Part shown: positions 14,201 through 24,274 of the stretch, one piece after another
Layout: each line of letters begins with the position of its first letter
Numbering within the stretch: position 1 is the stretch's first letter
Assembly (NCBI GenBank): GCA_964057225.1
Contig: OZ059894.1
Coordinates: 16,802,001 to 16,866,000, forward strand
DNA length: 64,000 bases
Source of the DNA: Auanema rhodensis
Lineage: Eukaryota > Animalia > Nematoda
Direction: 5' to 3'
Made by a program: the position numbers and the translations under genes
Notes under the pieces: generated by a model
Databases searched by the model: none
What the model was told of the DNA's origin: nothing
The model's input: only the letters and a program-made list of their open reading frames with translations

Positions 14201-17200
14201 TTGATTCACCTGGCACCAACAGATTCACCATCCCATTGCCTATGGAGTTCACATTCCTCTTCCCTAATGGTCAAATCCCAGAACCAGTTCAGAAGTTTAT
14301 CATGAACTTCATTCTCACTTGGCATCACCCAACCCACAAGCCAACAAGTCCCGTGGACCCAACTGGAGAACAGCCAGAGTATGGAGAACCCACATACGAA
14401 GACCCAACAGGAGAAGAGCCAGTGTATGGAGAACCAACAAACGAATACCCAACTGGAGAAGAACCTGTATATGGAGAACCAGACGAGGAAACTGATGACG
14501 ATCTCAGTGTAGAAAACGATGAAGAATTCCCAACTGATTCATACCCAGAAGGCACAAGCCCTGAAGAAATCACCGTACCTGAAGAACTTGGAGAATCGTT
14601 CCCAGAAGGTGAGGTTCCAGAAGAGTTCGTCGACATGTTAAAGGAACTTACTTTCACCCTTGATTCACCTGGCACCAACAGATTCACCATCCCATTGCCT
14701 ATGGAGTTCACATTCCTCTTCCCTAATGGTCAAATCCCAGAACCAGTTCAGAAGTTTATCATGAACTTCATTCTCACTTGGCATCACCCAACCCACAAGC
14801 CAACAAGTCCCGTGGACCCAACTGGAGAACAGCCAGAGTATGGAGAACCCACATACGAAGACCCAACAGGACAAGAACTAGAGGATATAGAACCAAAATT
14901 CGATTTCCCAACTGGAGAAGAACCTGTATATGGAGAACCAGACGAGGAAACTGATGACGATCTCAGTGTAGAAAACGATGAAGAATTCCCAACTGATTCA
15001 TACCCAGAAGGCACAAGCCCTGAAGAGATCACCGTACCTGAAGAACTTGGAGAATCGTTCCCAGAAGGTGAGGTTCCAGAAGAATTCGTCGACATGTTAA
15101 AGGAACTTACTTTCACCCTTGATTCACCTGACACCAACAGATTCACCATCCCATTGCCTATGGAGTTCACATTCCTCTTCCCTAATGGTCAAATCCCAGA
15201 ACCAGTTCAGAAGTTTATCATGAACTTCATTCTCACTTGGCATCACCCAACCCACAAGCCAACAAGTCCCGTGGACCCAACTGGAGAACAGCCAGAGTAT
15301 GGAGAACCAAACGAGGAGACTGATGACGATCTAAGCGTAGAAAACGATGATGAGGAAGAATTACCAAAAGATTCTTATCCTCTCAGTGTTACTCCAGACG
15401 AGATTACTGTTCCCGAAGAACTTGGAGAATCGTTCCCAGAAGGTGAGGTTCCAGAAGAATTCGTCGACATGTTAAAGGAACTTACTTTCACCCTTGATTC
15501 ACCTGACACCAACAGATTCACCATCCCATTGCCTATGGAGTTCACATTCCTCTTCCCTGGTGGTCAAATCCCAGAACCAGTTCAGAAGTTTATCATGAAC
15601 TTCATTCTCACTTGGCATCACCCAGAACAATCGTCTCATCCATCCAAGGAACCTGAGCAAAACAGTCCATTCTCCCCTAACATGTACCCCGAAGATATGA
15701 GTCCTGAAGAAATTACTGTTCCTGAAGAACTCACTCCTTACTTCCCACAAGGAGAAGTTCCAGATCAATTCATCATCATGTTGCAGAAGCTCACATTCAC
15801 TCTTGATTCGCCCACAACAGATCGTTTGAAGTTCCCATTCCCAATGGAATTCACAGTTCTCTTCCCCGGAGGAAAAATTCCGTTGCCAGTTCAACAGTTC
15901 ATCACAAACTTTGTTCTTACTTGGCATAAACCACATGAACCTTCTCATCCAGTTGATGAACCCGAAGAGGAATCGGATGACGATCTCAGTGTTATAAACC
16001 CTGATGAGGAAAATCCATTCCCTACTGACTCTTACCCTATCGGAATGACTCCTGATGAGATCACAGTACCTGAAGAGCTCGCCCCATACTTCCCACAAGG
16101 ACAAGTCCCAATTCAATTTATCATCATGTTGCAGAAGCTCACATTTACTCTTGATTCACCTACAACGGATCGGTTAAACTTCCCATTCCCAATAGAATTC
16201 AAGGTTCTCTTCCCCGCAGGAAAAATTCCAAAGCCAATTCAACAGTTCATCATCAACTTTGTTCTCACTTGGCACAAACCTACAACGACATCTCCAGTTT
16301 CTGATAAGCCTGGAACTTTATATCCATCGACTATGACTCCTGATCAAATAACAGTGCCAATAATGTTTGGACAGTTCTTCCCAGGTGGTCAGATTCCAGT
16401 ACAGTTCATCATAAGCGTGAAGAAATTAGCTCAAACGATTGATAGCCCATATACTGATCGTTTCAGCTACCCATTCCCATTCGAATTCACATCAATGTTC
16501 CCAGCTGGAAATATGCCTACTGAAATCAAACAGTTCCTTAAGATTTTCATTATGACTTGGCATAAGCCAGATAATCAGTTCCCAACTGATTCTTATCCCA
16601 CTAACATGTCACCAGATCAAATCACAGTCCCATCTGATCTTGCCAAGTACTTCCCAGAAGGCAAAATTCCACAGCAATTCATTGTCTACTTGCAACAACT
16701 GGCACCAACCCTTGATCAGCCATTCACCGATCGTTACAACATCCCATTCCCATTCCAATTCTCAGGATTGTTCCCTGGTGGTAAGGTACCAGACCAGGTT
16801 AAGAGCTTTATCTTAACTTTCATCATCACATGGCACAAGCCATTGCCATTAGTTCCATCTACCAACGATGAACCTACCACTACTTCTGAGGATTTATCTG
16901 ACATTAAGGTACCTGAAGAACTCGGACAGTACTTCATTGGTGGATCTATTCCAATTCAATTCATCATATTCTTGAAAACATTGACTAAGGAGATTTCCCC
17001 CGGACATATTCCACCTATTTCTATTCCTGTCGAAGTCGTTCAATTGTTCCCTAATAACAATATTCCTCCACAAGTAATCGAATTTATTCAAAACTTCTTG
17101 ATGACCTGGTTGAATCCAACCAACCCTACTACCAATGTTGTGTCAATCTCCGTACCTCCTGAGTTGGGAATATACTTCCCCGGAGGTACTGTGCCCATGG

Positions 17201-20200
17201 AATTTTTGGTTTTCCTTCAAGATATCGCACCATCAGGCGAACATCCAATTACTATTAACCCTGATGGCTCCTTCACTATGCCACAAGAAATCTACAAATT
17301 CTGGCCTAGTGGACTTGTTCCACAACCTGTTTTGGTCTTCTTGCAAACTGTTATACAGCAATGGCAAACCCAGTCTCAAAACGACCCTCAATCACCAGAT
17401 GCTATAAACATCCCTCCCGAGATAAGTCTTTATTTCCCAGGACGACAGATTCCTCAATCATTCTTAATTTTCCTTCAAAACTTAGCACCAGGTGGAAGCA
17501 ATCCAGCTACAATGAACCCTGACGGTTCCTTCACACTGCCTCAGGAGGTATTCCAATTCTTCCCTGGAGGCCAAGTTCCACAACCTGTAATGGACTTCAT
17601 CATGTCAATTCTGAAAAAATACGTCACCATGCAATCTGGTCCAGCACAGACAATCAGCATTCCAGGCAATCTTGGGTTATACTTCCCTGGAGGAGTAGTA
17701 CCACCAACATTCATGACATTCATACAGACTATTGCCCAGAAAAAACTTTTGAAGACAAATCCTGATGGAAGCATTATTCCTCCACCGGGAATCGAACAAT
17801 TCTTCCCTTCAGGAATAGTTCCACCACCAGTTCTTGCTGTTTTTGAGCAACTTCTTTCAAATCAGCCACCAAAGAAAACCGATACTCCTGGCACTATGAC
17901 CATTGAGTTCCCTCTTAGTTTAGGACAATTTTTCCCAGGTGGAGTGATTCCTGAAGATTTCAAGATCTTCATCTTATCACTTGGACCAAGTGGATCTAAT
18001 GAGCTCAAACCATCACCTGACGGATCATACGCAATCCCACAAGGAATTCTCACCTTCTTCCCAACTGGTGATATTCCAGCTCCAGTTATGCAATTTATTC
18101 AAACTTGTATATCCACCTTCAAGAACCCATCAAACACAAAAAACATGATCACTATTCAAATTCCCGCTTCTCTTGTTGCATATTTCCCAGGAAACGTTGT
18201 ACCACAAGCTTTCGTCACATATCTTCAGAACTTATCCCCACAAGGATCAAATCCATTGATTATTAGACCAGACGGATCTTGGTCATTACCTCCTGGGCTT
18301 AATGTTCTCTTCCCCGGATACATGGTACCACAACCTGTTATGGATTTCATCTCAAATCTTGTGATGCAATGGCAAACAGGAAAACCAACACCAGATTCAG
18401 ATATCATGAACTTTAAGGAATTCACCATTCCAGCGACTATTAACCACTATTTCCCTGAAGGAAAAGTTCCCCACAGCTTCATGATGTTCTTGCAAGGATT
18501 AGCACCAAACGGAAGCAACCCTGTAGAAATTCATCCAGATGGAACTATGACTATTCCGTCCCAGATTACATCATTCTTCCCAGGCGGAATATGTCCTCCT
18601 GAGGTTATAGAAGTTGTACAAAACTTTGTTCATTCATGGTATAAGAAACCAATACAGTCTTTTAACCCTGGACAGTTGCCGTTTTTTCCGTTAGGCGGAA
18701 CTGAGAGTCCGCCGAACCAAGTATCTCCTCCAGCTGACGGTACCGAAATCCCCACCATTAACACTCCAGAAGAACAACCAACTGATGATTCTGAAACTCT
18801 AGTGGAAGAGCCCGAAATACCTATTGACGGTTCCGAAACTCCAGTCGACGAAACAGAAGTACCAACTGATGATTCTGAGACTCTAATTGAAGAACCCGAA
18901 ATACCTATTGACGGTTCCGAAACTCCAGTCGACGAAACAGAAGTACCAACTGATGATTCTGAGACTCTAATTGAAGAACCCGAAATACCTATTGACGGTT
19001 CCGAAACTCCAGTCGAAGGATCAGAAGAACCAATTGATGATTCTGAGACTCTAGTAGAAGAGCCTGAAATACCTATTGATGGCACTGAGACTCCAGTCGA
19101 AGGATCTGAAGAAGATACTGAAGATTCTGAATATCCTGATGAAGAATACGAAGAACCTACTGAAGCTTCAGAAACTCCAATAGATGAATCCGAAGAACCA
19201 ACTGAAGATTCTGAAAACCCTGACGAGGAATACGAAGAACCAACTGATGATACCGAAACTCCAGAAGAAGAATCGGAAGAGTCAACTGGTAATGTAGAAA
19301 CGCCAGGATTTGTAGCAGCAGATACAAACAGTCACACTGGTCCACAAATGCCAGGAAACGATGATGATTATAATTATTATGAAGAGAACACCGGAACTGA
19401 GCCTTCAGACGAATCGCCTGGCGATGATGATGAAGAATCAGAGGAAAACACTGGAACATCGCCTGATGACGATGATGAAGAGTACGAAGAAAACACTGGA
19501 ACATCGCCTGATGACGATGATGAAGAGTACGAAGAAAACACCGGAGGATCGCCTGGCGATGATGATGAAGAATCAGAAGAAAACACTGGAACATCGCCTG
19601 ATGACGATGATGAAGAGTACGAAGAAAACACTGGAACATCGCCTGATGACGACGATGAAGAGTACGAAGAAAACACCGGAGGATCGCCTGATGACAATGA
19701 TGAGGAATCGGAAAATAACACCGGAACATCGCCTAATGACGATGTTGAAGAATCTGAACAGAATACTGGAACATCACCTAATAGTGATGATGGAGAGTAC
19801 GAATATCCTGAAGGAGATCCTAGCTACCCATATGAGGATACCTATGAGGAATATGATCCAGAATATGATGAAGAGAACACCGGTGGCGGAAAACCAGGAG
19901 GAAACCCAGGTGGACAAGGTGGAAGCCCTGGTGGAAATGGAGGAAACCTAGGTGGAAATCCTAATGGAAACCCAGGTGGACAAGGTGGAAGCCCTGGTGG
20001 AAATGGAGGAGACCTAGGCGGAAAACCTAATGGAAACCAAGGTGGACCAATTAAAGGAAATCCTGCTGGAACTGGTAACGGACTAACACCGGGTAACGGT
20101 GGAAATGGAGGTGGACTTGGAACCGGAACAGCAGGAGGCAATCCGTCTGGCATGGGTACTGGCACAGCAGGCAATCCGTCCGGCATGGGTACTGGCACAG

Positions 20201-21537
20201 CAGGAGGCAATCCGTCCGGCATGGGTACTGGCACAGCAGGCAATCCGTCCGGCATGGGTACTGGCACAGGAGGAGGCAATCCCTCCGGCATGGGTACTGG
20301 CACAGGTGGAGGAAGCCCATCCGGCTTTGGTACTGGCACAGGAGGAGGAAGCCCATCCGGATTTGGTACTGGCACAGGAGGAGGAAGCCCATCCGGCTTT
20401 GGTACTGCTACCGGAGGCGGCTCTGGATCAGGCTTTGGTACTGCTACCGGAGGCGGCTCTGGATCAGGCTTTGGTACTGCTACCGGAGGCGGCTCTGGAT
20501 CAGGCTTTACTACATCGACAGGTGGAGGTAGTGGAAGCAATATCGGTTTTGGAACAGGAGGAAACGGTGGAATCAGCTTTGGTACTGATTCCGGAGGAGG
20601 CAGTGGATCCAGTTTTGTTACTGACACCGGATCTGCAACAGGATCTAGTTGGGTCAGTAACACTGGCTCAAGTAGTGCCAATGAATGGAAAAAGAATGCT
20701 CGGCTAAATCCTGCTCAAATCCAACAAGTCATATCGGTACGTCAAAATTGAAAACTGGATTATAAACCAATCTTTAATTTAGGCTCACAATAAACCAAGA
20801 TCCCAAATTGCCAAGGGCTTATTCTTGGATGGAACAAACTCAACAATGCCATCTGCCGCTAACATGTTCCGAGTGGTAAACATTACATAGATTAAATCAG
20901 TATTTGATTGATATGAATTCTAGAATTGGGATGAGACACTTGCAAAGAGTGCTCAGCGTGCGTCCAACACTTGCTCACCTAAATCCATTAACTTCACCAC
21001 TGTTGGTGAAAATACTTATTATGTAAAATTGGACAGATTGATTAAGAATCCACAATTTCATGTATGTCTTAAAAATAGTTCTGGATAACTATATGAACTT
21101 TTAGGCTGTGAAAGCTGTTGAATCATGGTTCGATGAGTTAGCCAATAATCCATGGAACGAACAAAGTAGCATGGCTGGTATGCAAGAAGGTTTCCAAGTG
21201 AGTTTACTGATTTATGCAGAAATATTTTACTTAAAATCACCTTTCTAACTATATTTCTAATATAATGCTTAAGGTTGCTTGGGGCCGTACTCGTAAAGTT
21301 GGTTGCGGAGTTACAAACTGTGAAAGTGGTGTAGCGGTTTTGGTCACTTGTCACTATTTGCCAAAGTAAGATTTTTTTGAATTTTAATTATAGTTTTTTA
21401 ATATTATTTGATATTTTTTTAATAAAAATGCTTTCAGACCAAAAGACTTCGGACCAATCACTTATATACCTGGACAAATGTGCTCGCAATGTACAGGAAA
21501 TACTGTTTGTAATCCGAACACAGGACTATGCATATAA
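8012..21537 (+). CDS. Giant secreted repeat protein (~4,316 aa) with a C-terminal CAP/SCP domain, 8 exons
   Basis: Exons 8012-8051 and 8292-8345 (signal peptide MMSPRLLLAISIIAVISA), 8396-20736 (12,341 bp, open), then CAP exons 20783-20875, 20924-21061, 21105-21197, 21274-21365, 21438-21537: AHNKPRSQIAKG, NWDETLA, VGEN, VAWGRTRKVGCG, VTCHY, CSQCTGNTVCNPNTGLCI*. All junctions are GT-AG and in phase. Confidence 0.9.
8173..8215. repeat. (TAA)n(TA)n microsatellite in intron 1 of the giant CAP gene
   Basis: taataataataa...atatatatat read directly. Confidence 0.9.
9088..18651 (+). repeat. Coding array of 26 copies of a ~70-80 aa domain with twin P-x2-[LF]-x2-[YFL]FP-x-G-x-[IV]P motifs
   Basis: Counted in the translation. 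The 12 central copies (~9860-15620) are near-identical in DNA, with periods 459/504/534/570/615 bp; flanking copies are diverged. Confidence 0.9.
18778..19880 (+). repeat. Acidic coding repeats (PTDDSETLIEEPEIPIDGSETPVDETEV; ENTGTSPDDDDEEYE)
   Basis: 84-bp and 45-bp tandem units visible in DNA and protein. Confidence 0.9.
19882..20670 (+). repeat. Gly-rich coding repeats (GGNPGGQGGSPGG; GGNPSGMGTGT; GGGSPSGFGTGT; GGGSGSGFGTAT)
   Basis: 33-36 bp tandem units directly upstream of the CAP domain. Confidence 0.9.
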
Positions 21538-21887
21538 AAACTCACAATTTCTTCTCTATGTCTGTATATAATGTTTTGACAATACAAATTTATATAACAT
21601 TTTGTTTTTTATTTGAACAAAAGAAGGTCAAATTAAAAATGAAACATTTATATTATAAAACAGAACAACAAACATACAAAGATACATATACTTTTATAGT
21701 TATATGTATATTTGCTCACAATTTAAAAAATCAAATTTTTTATGAGTTTTGACGTCAAAAGCATATTTTTGTTTTTGTTGATATGAACTTTCCAAATAGT
21801 TGAAAAACTGATAACCTTGTTGATCTTTGAAATAATAAACTAGAAAAATGTATTTAAACTCTTCTGGAACCAGATGTAATTCATAAC

Positions 21888-23903
21888 ATGAAACTTGCTA
21901 CTATCTTTATTACATGGCTCGTAATAGGTAAGCTTATATCTCTTATTATATTTTCGATTACTATTACCTTTATTTCAGTTGATGTAGATGCGATTGCAAT
22001 TAATCGTAGGCGAAAACAGTCATTGAGACGGGAATGTAAGTACAATTTAGTTTATTTCCATTTAAACTTCTTTCAGTTCTGCTCTCTCAAAACAGTGGAA
22101 ATGCCTTCGGTGTGCTGCTGGAAAATGTCTCTAGACAATATGATGGATCCAAGTCCATTTTAACAGATTCCACTTGGTATGATGGTCGATCGATTGATTC
22201 CCGAGCTGCTCAGAAGAAAGGAGGAAATAAGCCCCAACAGAAACCAGCTCACAAGCCCGCACCCAAGCCAGCTCACAAGCCCGCACCCAAGCCAGCTCAG
22301 AAGCCAGCACATAAGCCAGCACAAAAGCCAGCACACAAACCAGCGAAAAAACCAGTAAAAAAGCCAGTGAAGAAACCAGCAAAAAAGCCAGTGAAGAAGC
22401 CAGGATCCAAGCCACAACCTTCAAAAAAACCTGGTAATAAACCGGCAAAAAAACCTGGTCAGAGACCGGGAAAGAGACATCGCAAGAGGCGTTGTCAAAG
22501 GCACAGAAGACCTGGCAAGAGACCTGGCAGAAGACGTTGTAGAAAGCGCCGAAAAAGGCCAGGCAAAAAACCCAAACCAAATAAGAAGAAGAAGCCAGGT
22601 AAGAAACCAAAACCTCACCAAAAAAAAAAGAAAAAGACCAAGCCTGGTTCTAAACCAAAACCAGAATCCAAACCCGAGTCTAAGCCCGATTCAGGTTCAA
22701 ATTCAAAGCCGGAGTCAAAGCCGGAGTCGACGCCTGATTCGAAGCCGGAGTCGAAGCCGGAGTCGAAGCCTGAGTCAAAGCCTGATTCTAAGCCTGAGTC
22801 GAAGCCGGAGTCAAAGCCTGATTCTAAGCCTGATTCTAAGCCTGAGTCTAAGCCAGAATCGAAGCCTGAGTCGAAGCCGGAGTCGAAGCCGGAGTCGAAG
22901 CCGGAGTCCAAACCAGAGTCGAAACCAGAGTCAAAGCCAGAGTCGAAACCTGATTCAAAGCCTGAGTCAAAGCCTGAGTCAAAGCCTGAGTCGAAGCCTG
23001 AGTCGAAGCCTGAGTCAAAGCCTGAGTCGAAGCCTGAGTCGAAGCCTGAGTCAAAGCCGGAAACAAACCCTGATTCTAATCCTGAAACTTCAGCAAAACC
23101 AAAACCTGGGGCTGTTAAGTTCAATCCGAAAGCAATTCAGGAGATTCTTGATGTAAACTGATTTTTTACACTTTTAGAAATTCTTCAATAAATGAAAATA
23201 TTCAGGAGCATAACGATTTACGTTCTCGTCTTGCTAAAGGAAGCTTTAAGGATGGCAACGGAGTTTCAAAGCCTGAAGGGAGTGATATGCTGAAATTGGT
23301 TCTTATCTTTTCGAGATATAACATACAAAATCAATTTAAGGAATGGGATCCCAAATTGGCCAATTCAGCTCAAGAAGTTACTGATACATGTGAATTCAAA
23401 CACTCTGGAAAACCAGATCTTGGTGAAAATTTACATACATATACATCGTCTAAAGGCATAACAGATCCTCAAGCAGGAGTAAGTTAAATTTACTGTTTAA
23501 CAACGTATTGATGTTATATTTAGGGTAAAAAGGCCGTTGCTAGTTGGAACAGCGAGTTTGATAAGTATGGCTGGTCAAGCATGAAGCTAGAAGATAAGAT
23601 TGGACATGCTACTCAAGTAAATCTCTAAATAGATTAACTCAAAATAACATTGAAATATTCTAATACAGGATGTATGGAGTACTACGAAACGTGTTGGATG
23701 CGCCATTACCATATGCGAAGAGGGAAAACGCGGTTTAGTTGCATGTCATTATCAACCGATGTTAGAAAAGTAATGAAAACCAATTAAATTGCAATTCTTT
23801 TAGGGGTAACTACAAAAATAGAGATGTTTATGAAGCTGGAGCAGTGTGTTCGGATTGTCCAAGTGGCACAACATGCGAACGCTCAACAGGATTATGCGTT
23901 TAA
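21888..23903 (+). CDS. CAP/SCP/TAPS secreted protein 3 with Lys/Arg/Pro-rich and KP(E/D)S-repeat N-terminal region, 8 exons
   Basis: Exons 21888-21927, 21979-22035, 22077-23152, then CAP exons: [40 protein letters not shown]|[39 protein letters not shown]. Confidence 0.92.
22229..23088 (+). repeat. 12-bp coding tandem repeats: [16 protein letters not shown], an Arg/Lys block, then ~30 KP(E/D)S
   Basis: AAGCC(T/G)GAGTC(G/A) units; translation of ORF 22112-23161. Confidence 0.92.
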
Positions 23904-24274
23904 TTGCTCCAACTCGTAAAAAAATTATATTGATACGGTCAGTATTCAAAGGCATTGATTTATCAAATTATATTCTACGATTGTTTTTGTTTAGATTTGT
24001 TGAGAACGTTTTAAATACAACCGGTAAACAATCAGAAAATGTCTATAATAAGACATTCCACGTGTAATCTGACATTAGCATATAGAAGTTGAAAAAAAAT
24101 GCAAATATTTCATTTTTTTATTTATTTATTTATTTATTTTTATCCAAATGCTTGGTTTGTTTTAGTATTAATATTACAAATATTATAATCTCTATTGTTA
24201 GTATTTGGTTTTTTTATACAATTCACTCTTATTATTATTATTATTATTTTTAGTTTTGAACTCTAATTTCTGGA

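Noticed and set aside
9860-15620. Repeat/spacer-like periodicity suggesting a CRISPR array or satellite
   Set aside because: Eukaryotic locus, fully in-frame coding, units of 459-615 bp, no unique spacers and no cas genes.
9678-20707. Many antisense and alternative-frame ORFs over the giant exon (e.g. repeated MNSIG... ORFs, Pro-rich 19842-20681)
   Set aside because: Shadows of the repetitive sense-strand codons; useful only for measuring repeat periods.
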